A DNA stretch of 63,456 bases, filler included, from Bonamia ostreae (GCA_040357525.1; 39 parts of 39 records of this genome joined end to end with filler, not necessarily neighbours in it); one strand, 5' to 3'. Shown: positions 49,871-62,400, numbered from the whole stretch's first letter. The notes: a model not told the origin generated them from the sequence alone. Translations and numbers: made by a program.

Positions 49871-51607
49871 ATCGGGTTGGACCCCTAATATTATTGTTTC
49901 GGAAGTAAGCTGACCCGTCCGATTTGAATTAAGGTTTAAGTCGAATTTAAGAATCTGATCGAATGCGAGATTTAATATACTATGACGGAATCATTAGCAA
50001 TACTCTCTGATGGCTCAACTGACACTTGAATTTGTTTCGAAGCGTGAATCGGCAGTAGGTTTTTACAAGTTAAATTTCCCTTTTGAACGACAAAATACAG
50101 TTTAAAACCAACCTGATACGGAATTACAAATACGATGCACTAAACAACGATCTTTGCTACTGTGTGTTGCATGGGTATTACCATTTGTTTTTCAATGACG
50201 TGTCATAATGAGTATTTCTTACCTGTATGTGTAAAGCTATGTAACTAGCATTGAACAGTATAATAATGTAAAAAGATTAAATAGAATAGAAAATCAATGT
50301 AATTTGGTATTGAAGTATAGTAAAAGGGTGAAAAATAATAAATAGGGGGACTAAGTAAGGATATTATGACTGATAATGAGTAAATTAGGAAAAAAAACTT
50401 ATACTAAGTGAAGTTCAAAAAGCAGGGCTCTTCAGGTAAAACGTATGTAAAAGAAACAAGTTCAAATAAACTAAAGAAAAAGATATCATCGCTACGTATA
50501 TTCANNNNNNNNNNNNNNNNNNNNNNNNNNNNNNNNNNNNNNNNNNNNTTAATTAATTAANNNNNNNNNNNNNNNNNNNNNNNNNNNNNNNNNNNNNNNN
50601 NNNNAGAATTTAAAACGGGAGAGCATGTATCGCGGCACATTAAAGAAACATCACTAATACCGCCCCGAGTGCTAAGCATAGGACATCACCTATAGCTGGT
50701 GACGTCTAAATACTTGTAATAGGTCCTCGATACGATGTAAAACAAACAAATAACCATCAGCCAACAAGTTGCAATTTGCACCAAGAGTGATTGAGTGATC
50801 ATGACATATATAAAAGAGAGTACTTCGGTTTTTTGGTATGTTTCCCAGGGAATTTCAGTAATTTAGAGCCGTCGCCAGCTGTGGGTGAAGTACCACAAAT
50901 TTGGACATCCCAAAATTTGCAATCTTGGTAGAGAAATTCCTGCTGTACATGGTAATGCAATTAGCGTTCCTTACAGATTGTGGTTGTGGAAAATATTTAT
51001 ACAAATTGTTCAAATCATGACAGTTTTAGCCCGTCCCTACGGCGTCGGGAGTGCAGGAGTCCTGAAATGAACAATGCATGCTCCTTTGTGCCAAAGATGC
51101 TTCATACTAAAGTTGAAAGGAAATGGAAGGGTAATTATCAAAAAGCTAAAATATGGCATTGTCATATGTGACGTACGAAGGGCAACAATGGATGCAGACC
51201 ATCAGCAATTGTAAAGCCACATGAGTCTACAAATTCATGTAAATCAAAGTACACACGAGTACCACAGTCTCCTTCCACGGTACAGCAAAATATGAAGATT
51301 CTGACTTTGCTTAACAATATGTTGATATAATATATCATAGTCTTCATCATAATTAATATTAGTAAATACATCAACATTGAACTACAGTTACCCAGTGATA
51401 TTTGTGAGGTTAGGGGTAGTGTAGAATACTGGAAATCCACATACCTTAATTTGAAAACACAAGGTGCATATATTTTGAAAATTAAAATAAGTTGCTTTGG
51501 ACGTGACCAAAATACAAACAATTATAATTCTCAATTTTCATAATTAAATATTGATAAAGACTTATTCTTAAATTGGACTACATGTATATGTTGAATACAT
51601 TATGTAC

Positions 51608-51805
51608 CTTTTCCTGCAGAAGATCGTACACATCGTGTTTGGTCACCCAATTAGTGTCTGCGTTAGACGTATATCCTGTATATACACACTGCGGACAGGC
51701 AAAAGCTTTGTCTGGTTTATGCTTGAGGAAATTTACAATCACTTCTGTCTTTTGGAGACAATGACCACAAAATGTATGATAGCAGTATGATATTTGGAAT
51801 TTTGC
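51608..51805 (-). CDS. RING-finger exon of a TRIM-like host gene
   Basis: 198-nt exon (TTTCAG/...AAG/GTAC) encoding CYHTFCGHCLQ...FACPQC. Confidence 0.55.
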
Positions 51806-52379
51806 CTGAAACACAATTAAATGACACAGATCTGCAATCAATGAATTATAATATTATATGAATAGACAACTCAAAACAAGAAATTGCAAGCAAATGTCAC
51901 AGTGCAATACTGGATGTATATGAGATGTTTCTCACCTTTTGTTTGCATTCATTAACTCCACATCGTGCAGCATTGACTGATACTGAAATCGTTCCTCTTT
52001 TCCCATGCACTGGTGGTCCATATTGTCCATTCTAAATTGCAAAAGATGCCCATGATCAAAAAGCTCATGGGACTCACCATTCATTTACAAAGATAAAGGT
52101 CCTAAATATTTTAACGACCTGACTTTGNNNNNNNNNNNNNNNNNNNNNNNNNNNNNNNNNNNNNNNNNNNNTTAATTAATTAANNNNNNNNNNNNNNNNN
52201 NNNNNNNNNNNNNNNNNNNNNNNNNNNCATTGAGATAACGTCGGGCCAACACAGTCATGCTATCTGGGATGTTAGTAGTCCTAGTGCAGTCTGATTTTTT
52301 GTCAGTTGTATAGATGTTGAAACATTCTGTATTGTTCCGAATAGTACATGTACTATAAACAGTGCCTAGCGGTTAAGGT

Positions 52380-53749
52380 TTAGAGTTTTCATCATAGAGT
52401 TGCAAGGCTTTGGTGGTAGGTCTCATGGGTGGATTGCTGTCTTGGGTAAGTATACAGTGTTGACGAAGTCCTAGAATATTGCGAGTAGATCCATAGTCAA
52501 GTTGGCAGATCACGTTCTTTGAGACGTATGATCAACTGTCATGTGTACTTTTGTAAACCAGTGTTTTCCATGCATTACATGCACAGTAAAACAAGAATTT
52601 GTAGATTCACAGTCACTAGAATAATCAATTTCATTTACTCCGTGCACTCGCTTCTTTACACTTTGACACGCTAAAGAGAAATGATTTTTTTTCTTTTGCA
52701 CAAGATATACGTCTGGCCTCAGCACGTCAATGTTTCGTCCTTTGTTGTGTTTTCCACCGCAGTATTTGCAATTGAATTCCTTGCGTTCTTGGTTGTCTTC
52801 TAAGTGAACTTCTTGGTTTTCACATCCTTGGAATATTTCTTAGGTCCCTTTAATGCAAAATTGACTTGTGGTGCAGCAGTAGCTCCAGTTTCACTCGGTC
52901 ATTGCAGTTTCGTAAGGTAATTGGAGGTTCTCTCATTGGTCCTGCACGTATCAGTAGCACTGTCTGGAGTGAACTTCGACTTTCGTAATAGTCTTCCGCG
53001 AACTCCCTGATCATTCGTGCTTAGCACAATTCTATTACGCAACATTTGGTAAGCGAAAGCGTTTTTGCTAGTTCTATGTGTCCACATTCTCTGTGTTTAC
53101 TGGTCATCTGATCTGCAGTGTTCATATATGACGTTTGCTTTGGCATAAAATGCTGATCAAGGGCTTCCAGAATCTTATCAATGTTCCTTCTGTCTTCTTC
53201 CGAGAACATGAGATTTTCATGTAATTGAAAAGTTTTTACCCATCACTGTGAGAAATGTGGCAACACGAATAGGTGCATCTTTTTTTATAAGTTCTGTTGC
53301 GATTTCATAGTTCGAACATTGCGCTTTAAAGAATTTTCAATTACCTTTTATATCTCCCTTACCGGCATATGTGCAGGAACAAGTAATTCTTTCGATACCA
53401 TACTTTCAAGTAGATCTGAACCGGGCGCAGCGGCAAACACGTGTTCAGTGAGGCTGCATTAGCATGTCAAGAATCAGCGGAAATAAATCGAAATAGCTAG
53501 CTAGAATATTTGGCGTTGATTCGCGTACACAAACGATCAATCCTGACTTCTTGCTTACGCTGGAAGGGCCTAGCTCAAAGTTGCTGAAGTCAGCTTGAGA
53601 AACCTGCGGACTTCTGACAACATGTTTTGGTTCAAGATTTTATTAACTACACAATAAACGATGATGTCACATACACATTACACAATAAGGGTAAGAATAA
53701 TGAACGTAGCAAGCAATATCATAAAACCGTGGGGGAATCTGGATCAAGC
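52380..53749 (-). mobile_element. Gypsy LTR retrotransposon relic: 5' LTR end, PBS, gag and protease start (host)
   Basis: LTR-terminal CA followed by PBS-like TGTTGTCAGAAG (53622-53611). Gag fragments NYEIATEL..RVATFLTVMG, MLRNRIVL..VRGRLLR, CKYCGGKH and KKNHFSLAC, and protease-like CQLDYGS, all frameshifted. Confidence 0.8.
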
Positions 53750-53941
53750 NNNNNNNNNNNNNNNNNNNNNNNNNNNNNNNNNNNNNNNNNNNNTTAATTA
53801 ATTAANNNNNNNNNNNNNNNNNNNNNNNNNNNNNNNNNNNNNNNNNNNNCAGCAAAATAAGAATATGTAACAAAAAAATTAGAATATGTAACAACAAAAA
53901 TAGAATTTGTAACAACAAAAATAGAATTTGTAACAACAAAG

Positions 53942-55140
53942 AGATAAAGAAAACGCGTTAAAGATGTATATGAAAAACGGTAACATTGAAAAAACAATGT
54001 CACTGTTAAATAACAGCAAAAAAGTGGAAGATGTGATAAAATTCGAAAGAATTTTGGAGAAAAATAAGGAATTCGAAAAATTGGCGTTGTTCCAATTAAA
54101 AAGTGGAAAGCTTGAAAAAGCTTTCGACAATTTTTTATTGTCAAAAAATCTTAACAAAGCTTTTGAAATTGTTTTTCAATATTTTGAAAACAAAAACTTA
54201 AACATTTTCGGTGGCAATGCCACTTTCAAGATAACTTAAATAAAACGAAAAATCTTTTTGAATAAAAAAATTTATTCGAAAACAAAAAATTTAAATAAAA
54301 AACCTTTTTGAATGGACAGATTGCCCATTGAAGCAGAAATGTAAAGTGGAGAGATTAAATCTTGTTAACCAAAATTCGTTAACAGAAATTTTATTTCAAC
54401 AAAAATAGATTAAAGAGACAAAAACGGAAAATATTGAAAAATTGGTCAGAGAAACCAAAAAAGAATATTATTTCCAGAGGAAAAATATTGAAACTAAAAG
54501 AAAACGTTACAAAGATTTGATTAAAAGATTGAGATCGATTCGATTTTTAAGACAAAACAATTTTTTAGGAAATATTAGTGAAGTAGATAACAAATCAGTT
54601 ATCTCGGGCAGCACCAATTTTACTTGGAACACCGTTTCCAGTTTCAGCATTGTTACCGAAACCGACTTTAACAATACTGGCGACGGTGTAGAAAGGAAAA
54701 AGAAGAAATTTGGTAAAAGTAGAAAAATCAAATTTGTTATTTTCCACATTTTAAATAGGGCGATCCTTCGACAGAACGATTTTTATTATCCGATTTGGCA
54801 AAATTAGTTCCAACAAAATCATTCAAAAAACAAATAAAAGATTTGGAAACGATTTTGTTGTCACTGAATTTGCGAAGCGAATTCGTTTTGCTGAAAAAGG
54901 ATTTTTCAGATTTTGTTAATCTCATCACCGAAGAAGAATCGAAGTCAATGGATTACTGCGAAAATTCTCTTTGTGGTAATAATGGTTAATTTTTAAAATT
55001 CACAAAAAGATTTTAAATGGCCAGAAGATTTGAAGAAGATAATAAAATCGAAGAATAAGAAAAGTGAAAATAAAAATTTGGTCATTGTTTTTAACCGGTT
55101 TGATCAAATTAACGAAGATATCATTGAAAAATGGGATTAA
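53942..55140 (+). CDS. ELP1: Elongator complex protein 1 (ELP1/IKAP), C-terminal exons
   Basis: KRLRSIR, a Ser-rich tract and basic ERKKKKFGKSRKIK. The 23-nt intron 54736-54758 then gives GDPSTERFLLSDL (Elp1 K.GSP.EE..L). The 25-nt intron 54985-55009 leads to the stop at 55138-55140. Confidence 0.75.
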
Positions 55141-55829
55141 ATTTTTCATAATTTTTCTATTTAAAAATGGCGCAATTTATTTATTGGTCAAGAATGATGG
55201 AAGCGCTGAGAGCAATTATATATTCTTCCGGCGCCAATTTGATCTTTTTTCTTTCGTTCAAATGTCTTTTCATTTTTGGCAGATGTTTGCGCACATTCGA
55301 TTGCGACTGATTTTATTTAAATTTTAAAACGACAGAAGCAGCTTGGATTTCCTTTTCAAATCGATCGATTNNNNNNNNNNNNNNNNNNNNNNNNNNNNNN
55401 NNNNNNNNNNNNNNTTAATTAATTAANNNNNNNNNNNNNNNNNNNNNNNNNNNNNNNNNNNNNNNNNNNNATCTGCTTCCTAAATCCAACACTTAAGAGC
55501 AGGTATGCAATTGAAGAATTATGCATACGTGTGTTTCTTTGATATTCTATTTCATTGTTTACAATTCTTTATGCAAGAATAAATTTCAAAAGTGGGTATA
55601 TCTAATTAAATGCTGTTTTCGTGTATATATAAGTAAACACTGTTACATAATCACACATACATATTTTCAAATTATCAACCAAAATATAATTTATAGATCT
55701 TCAACATCTCGTTCTATATAAAACATATCGAAATAATACGATTATGTACATCATTTTACCCTGGCATTTTGACTTTGTTCCAATGTTGCTTTAATGTCGT
55801 GCATATACTCAATAAACTGCATGAGGTTA

Positions 55830-56069
55830 TTGATGTTCGCCCAACGTCGGACCGACGTTGTGGTTTTAAGTAACTCTAAAATTTAGTTTTGTCAATGTTT
55901 ATAGTGTTCGCCCGATGATGGACCAACATTGTGCTACCAACTAATCTCTCAACACGAGTGAGAAAGTGTTACGTGAACATTGGTCCAATGTTGGACCAAC
56001 GTTGTTTGACCAACGCCAACGGTCCAACCATTAGTCAACGTTGGACCAACGTAGTCATGCAATCTGGGG
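55830..56069. repeat. Non-autonomous DNA element with CCAACGTTGG-like internal palindromic repeats (host)
   Basis: Multiple GGxCCAACGTTG units ending GTCATGCAATCTGGG. A near-identical terminus, GTCATGCTATCTGGG, occurs at ~52254-52268 in another contig. Confidence 0.6.
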
Positions 56070-57091
56070 ATCATCTAGTATACTTTAAAATACGAGTTAT
56101 AAGAAGAAGAAAATACGTAACCAACATTCGAAATCGCCAACATGTGCGTAAAATGTTTTTATCTTATCATTTAAACACCAATAAGAAGGGGAGCACAACG
56201 GATCTCGACAGGCTGTTGATAACGAAGCTGATCGTTACATTTAATCGCCGTCATAAAGGTAAGGGATTTCTTAGTTGATCAATAATTGTGAATTAAAATT
56301 GTAAAATGCAAATTGACAAGAAATCGGAAAAACTGTTTAAGATGACACAATTGCAATTGCTGTTCAATCATATCATGAGAAAGAGAGGTAGTTTGCAAGG
56401 AGTACACTTTTTCAGAAATTATATCATGAATGTGTTTACAGCCTACTTGAATTCTTTTTTCGCTGACATCAGATATTAGGTCGAAGTGCCACAAATTTTA
56501 ACTAGTACATGGGGCTTACGGTCGTAACAATAAAGGTTCTTTAGATATCGGTCTCCGGTTCTAAGACCATATCCGAAAAAAGTGACATTCACTTGTAATG
56601 CCAGGCAATTGGAGAAGAAACAATTGTTACTCATGTTTATACCTCAGGTTTTACGCGGTATCATAAACATCTAAACAATATTAAAATCCTAGCCTTCCGG
56701 TTAACTGGTATTTTCTCTTTCAAATATAAATAAAAATATAAAATATCACGTCGTATGTAATGAAAAATTATTATAATATTACATATTTGTTTAGAATGGT
56801 GTTAGAATGGTAGGCATTGACGTCTCGACATGGATGAAAGATTCTTGAAAGGAATATAAAGCAATAAACAAAACAAAAAGCAAAAATAATCCACCTGCTT
56901 ATACGTAAGAGACTTCATCATACCTACTCGAAAATATGCATGATAAAACAAGATAAAACGGGCCATCGAACTTGCATTATCTGGATGGATTNNNNNNNNN
57001 NNNNNNNNNNNNNNNNNNNNNNNNNNNNNNNNNNNTTAATTAATTAANNNNNNNNNNNNNNNNNNNNNNNNNNNNNNNNNNNNNNNNNNNN

Positions 57092-57670
57092 CGATCACGC
57101 CGGGCTTCAAATTGGAAAAAGACGCAAAATCGCGCACTAAAAAAAGACGCATTTCGGAAACCAAACAACGTTCCCTGCGAACAAGGCGTTCTTCTGGGCG
57201 AGCGGAGGGAGTCCGAAAAATGAATGAAAACGACGAAAAGTCTAAAAATGGAGAAAAGCCACAAACTAAAAACCCGAAAAACGAAAATGGCGACGAAGAG
57301 GATTTTATTCTGGAATGCTGCGCGGGCAGCACTCGGATCGACATCAAGAACCAAAGTGAGGGCGATGTTAATGTTGAAGGGTGGAGTCTCAAAAGGGAAG
57401 AAAGCAATTTAGTCAAAAGTCTTAATTTCCCGTCTTCGCTAAAACAAAGTTTGATCGCAAAAACAATTTTCTTAACAAAATTATCAAATAGACGAATCCT
57501 TTTATGTCTATCCGACCAAAGCGCTTATGAAAGAAGATGTCAGCGAAGGAATCAAAAAGGTGTGGGCTCCGGCTGCATTCGATTCCGAGAAAGGCTGTGT
57601 CATTATTGTCAACGAAAATGGTTCGGAGATGTACAAAATGGAAATCAACGAGAAAGAAGATGTTTTCTAA
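57092..57670 (+). CDS. Lamin-tail-domain protein preceded by a basic NLS, 5' partial
   Basis: KKRR, then IDIKNQSEGDVNVEGWSLKR...LNFPSSLKQ. The 43-nt intron 57449-57491 restores NESFYVY...VW...VIIVNENGSEM, completing the LTD pattern. Ends EDVF, with no CaaX. Confidence 0.7.
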
Positions 57671-57915
57671 ATAATGTTTATAAGGAAAGTGAGACTTAGT
57701 AAATCCTGTAAGCTGACTATTTATAGTTTTAAACAATTTTTTGTTTTTATGGGAAATTTGTTTTAAAAATTGTTTTTACGGGCAATTCTTAAAATTGCCA
57801 GATTTTCGTTTTAATGGCCAAAATTCAAAATCGACTAAAAATCTGTTAATAATTTATTTGTTCGTTAGTCTAAGCTCCCCTTTTCATTTGTTGCGCTTCG
57901 AAATTTAAAAAATAT

Positions 57916-57960
57916 TCAAGTTGCCGGTTTTACGACCAGATTTCTAAACCGGCAACTTGA
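57916..57960. repeat. Perfect 15-bp inverted repeat with a 15-nt spacer
   Basis: TCAAGTTGCCGGTTT (57916-57930) and AAACCGGCAACTTGA (57946-57960). Confidence 0.9.
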
Positions 57961-58127
57961 TTTCTAAACTTCGCTGAGATGGACTGTCAGATTAGTGAGC
58001 TCTCGTCTCTTAATTAAAAAAATCAGGAATATTTCGGAACATTATTAAAAAGGGCCACGAACGAGAACCGAGTTAAAACGATAACAGCCAAATTGGCAAA
58101 TTTGTTAAAGATATTCCATATAATAAA

Positions 58128-58525
58128 ATGTATGACAATGATGTGCATCATAAACAATCGAGAAAAAGACATAAAAACCAACTCGAATGTCCAAATCCAA
58201 ACCTAATCGCCAATCTCAAACCTTTCACTTCTTGTCATTACATTGAGCAACGTCTTAACTCTGAAGGGAAAATGAACTTTGACTATGTTGAATTTTTTCA
58301 TTAAAGATGATGAGTGAACCACTCGGGCGACACATGCTTAAAAGCTTTTTCGCGTCTGTGTTTTCGATTTCGAAAGTGATCTTTATGTCAGACGTAAAAT
58401 TGTTCCAGCGAATAAGAGCAGAATCAGCACGCAGAAAAGTGGCGGAAATGATTTTGGAAAGGTTTGTTTTGCCGGCAGACGACAGGGAAATAGAAGAATC
58501 TGTTTTCGCGCATGACAAATTTTAT
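58128..58525 (+). CDS. RGS-homology domain protein, GRK-like N-terminus, 3' partial
   Basis: The 20-nt intron 58287-58306 gives YIEQRLNSEGKMNFDYMMSEPLGRHMLKSFF...VIFMSDVKLF...RRKVAEMILERFV, which fits RGS helices. The lead-in resembles GRK2 [26 protein letters not shown]. Confidence 0.65.
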
Positions 58526-58841
58526 GTTTTTTTGCAATTTTTAACAATTTTCGCGAATCAATAATTTCTCTAAATTGCAATTTTTTCGAAAAGCAAAAAA
58601 TTGTAAAATANNNNNNNNNNNNNNNNNNNNNNNNNNNNNNNNNNNNNNNNNNNNTTAATTAATTAANNNNNNNNNNNNNNNNNNNNNNNNNNNNNNNNNN
58701 NNNNNNNNNNAATTTTTTCGATTAAATTTTCAATATTTTTTGAATTTTTTCGATTAAATTTTCAAATTTTTTGTAATTTTTTCTATTAAATTTTCAATAT
58801 TTTTTGAATTTTTTCGATTAAATTTTTTACTAAAATTTAAA

Positions 58842-59469
58842 GAATCTAAAAACATTAAAAACGCCTTCAAAAGTAGTAGATTTGTGTTTTAACAAAGACG
58901 ATTCCTTAATTTTCGTATTAATGAAAAGAAATCAATTTTTGGCAATTTCTACAAAAGATTTCAAAGCGACAAATTATTTTCTAAAATACGTTTTAATAAA
59001 AAAATTTTGAAAAAAGAAAAATAGAATAAAATCGATATTACACAATTTTCAACAATTCTCGAAATTGCAATTATCACCAAACAACAAAGACGGCTTTTTC
59101 GCTTATAACGATAAAATGATCGTCAAAATAGACATGTCCAAGTTCCCTCCACCGCCGCCCACAAAACTAAATTTTAGCCAAACAAATTTAAGTCAAAAAT
59201 TTGAACCGATTTTCGAAGAAAAAAATTTAATAAATGGCGTCAAAAGAAAAAATGGCGAATATTTTAATGACGAAAGTTCAAATTTGTTTTCGGAAAACGA
59301 CGACGGATCGTTTGACATGGACAATTTTCAAATCGAGAGAAATTTTAAGCCGGTTTATTTTACCGCTCTGAACGATTTTGAACGGATAGTCGTTGAACAA
59401 GACGCGGTGGCTCTTAGCAAAGATTTGCCAAGTACCTTATATAAACACAAATATGGAACTGGAATTTAA
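58842..59469 (+). CDS. UTP4: U3 snoRNP/SSU processome protein UTP4 (cirhin), C-terminal exons
   Basis: NFQIERNFKPVYF...IVVEQDAVALSKDLPSTLYKHKYGT matches the UTP4 C-terminus F.I...YKPLLF...VAVER.......LP....KKFGT. Confidence 0.8.
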
Positions 59470-62400
59470 ATCGCCGTCTTTTTTATATTTCAGATGTTTT
59501 TGTTACATCCGAAACACATTTTGTTGTTCAAAAAAGCAAATTTCAAAATTGTAAATTTTTAAAAATTAAAAATCGCTTAAAACATAAATAAAAATTGGAT
59601 AAAAATTCCTTAAAATGGAAAAATTGCAAAAATAAAATTGTTCAATAATGTTAAAAATGGTCTAAAATCACTTAAAATGGATAAATTATAAAATTGTTCA
59701 ATAATGTTTAAAATGGACTAAAATCACTTAAAAATTACAAACGAAATGACATTTACAAACGTTTTGGAAAAGTGAAGCAATCATCTTCTGTTATTAAGGT
59801 TTTGCTTTTGTTCAAATCGTTCATTGCATTCTTTATCTCTCTTTTTAGATTTTACTTTTTGCAATTTTTTTGGAATTTTGATTTTTTTTTAAATTTATTG
59901 ACAAACTTGTTATTTTTGCAAAATTTATTGATTTAGCGAATTTTTGAAATTTTAAGTTGTTTGTGAAAATTAAACGGATTGGGAGAATAATCAGTGTCAA
60001 TTTTTACATTTAAATGAAAATGTTTTTCAAGAGATTTTTTGCTTTTCGTGTTAGTCTTCAGAATAAAGAAAAACAAAATTATTTTAATTATCGACATTTT
60101 TGTGTGTTCGTATTATTACTATTGTTTCGTATTCATGAGCTTACACTCATTAATGTTTTATGATATAATTATGAAATTAATTAAGCTGTTTTTAATGACA
60201 AAGTTTTGCTGATTAAGCAATTTGAANNNNNNNNNNNNNNNNNNNNNNNNNNNNNNNNNNNNNNNNNNNNTTAATTAATTAANNNNNNNNNNNNNNNNNN
60301 NNNNNNNNNNNNNNNNNNNNNNNNNNCGTAGATAAGTTCCATGCCCGTGAGCGCTAGCGCATCTAAAAAAAAAACTTTCAAAGACTTTTGGAAATGTTCA
60401 TCATACTTAAATTTCCATCATTTTATACGTGATGGTTAACCTACATGTTGTTACGTCAAATATATTCATACGCAGTGATTGGCCTGTCGTGAGTTAGGAA
60501 GAATGTTCAGGGGGAAAAGGAGCAAATGTAATAATATTGCCGATTAGTAGGATGGTTTGTTTTTAATGATTTCGAATTCCTGGTTGACATTTTAACTCCA
60601 CTCATATCGACTGTTTTGATTATGTCACCGCATTACAGTACTGAGTGAGTCGGCTATGCTTGCTGTTTTGTCTCAGCTTTCTGAGTAGGATCAACATCTG
60701 TATTGACCCTGCTTTCCGTCTGCCTTAGCAAACACAAAGCAAACGGAGATCAGTCAAAATCTGGCTTGTGTTTACGTTATGTTTTATCTGTCTGTGGCTT
60801 ATATCCTTACTAGTTAGCACTTAGATCAAAAACCACATATCTAAATTCGGGATACTACATTTGCAGTAATCATTATTAACTATTTTCATGCAGGCATTTC
60901 TTTTGTTGATATGACTAATCAATTCATGTCATCTGTACTAAATATATGAGTGAAATATTTTATATAAAATTCCAATTGTAGTCGATTCGGAAGGAGGTCC
61001 GGGGTTTGGAGCTCAACGTGAATGTGCAAAACAAAATAAAAAGTTGCCAACAGAACTCTTACCGTCCGAATGGAGAGGGAATACCTATTGGATGGGATAC
61101 TCTAAAAGAAAGTCGAAATGGACTCAACTTTTAGGTAAAATATGACACCTATTTGTATAATAGTGGTATTATCTAATTATGGTCAATCGATTGATGATTC
61201 ATTAGAATTAAATATCTTTGTTGTAATCAGTATCAGCTGTTATTTACTGTCGATATGGAAATACATCCATCAAGATATATGTTCAGCTAAACTCTGCACG
61301 TCCAAGTTATTTCTCTCTGAAGAACTCGATTTCTGGGTAAAGAACAAACAGAATTTATTCATACGTGTTGTGGGAATTAGATACCGCCATTTTGTTCATG
61401 TAATAAGGTTATCTTTTGGCAGTGTAATTTTCTGAGTTTGCACGACACAAATTTAATCAAGTATGTTGATTAGTGATGTAGCTGTAAAGAAATGCATACA
61501 TGTGTTATATCATTTTGTTTTGTTGATTGTTCTTATCATGATTAGATATCAAAGATAGTATTACCTTATGGGACAGTGTGGGAATGCAAGAAACGTACAG
61601 CAATTTTAGTCCGTCATAATCGCAGTATATTGTAACTCATGTGGAATGAATGATCTCAACAATGAAAGGTCCATGACCCTAGGGGTCATATCAATGAAAT
61701 ATAATGACGAACTTTAAAAATTAGAAGCGATGCATGCTAAAGGTGCATAGTACATCATTTAAACTCTGAAAATGTTCAATTCTCCTGAAGTTTCTTTATT
61801 TAAGAAATACTAGTAATAATCGCCGAGGCTTTTATATTTCANNNNNNNNNNNNNNNNNNNNNNNNNNNNNNNNNNNNNNNNNNNNTTAATTAATTAANNN
61901 NNNNNNNNNNNNNNNNNNNNNNNNNNNNNNNNNNNNNNNNNAAGCCAAAACAAAATAATTTATACCCCCTTCCCTAAAACTTTACATTACTTCCAATGAA
62001 TTGTTTTACACATGATACAATGCACTTAATGTATATTCGAAATGGTGCAACTTGTACTTTTGTCGAAGCTGTTTTAGCAAAACTTAACTCAATCATCAAC
62101 TGCTTTCATTTCTCATTTTCCAGAAAAATCTTAGAAGGTGTCTCCTTTTATCAATGTTACCGAAAGATATTGAAGATATGATGTCTTGATGTATGTCTTT
62201 GTCATCATTGTCACAAACAAAAAACAGTAGTTGTCAAAACTTTTGAAGACTGCAATCGTTGTGAAATATATGTGTTTGTTCCATAAAGCAGTTCACTATT
62301 GAGGAATGATGATACACTGTAAACCAGAAATACATACATTTAGCAGCTTGGGTGATTTCTTCCTTGTTTAGGTTTTATAATGTTCACGGTTTTTAAAATG

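Noticed and set aside
1544-61941. Regularly spaced identical TTAATTAATTAA repeats (CRISPR-like or satellite-like periodicity)
   Set aside because: Always centred in N runs of fixed length between size-sorted contigs, so it is a concatenation linker. ORFs ending in X...LIN are artefacts of it.
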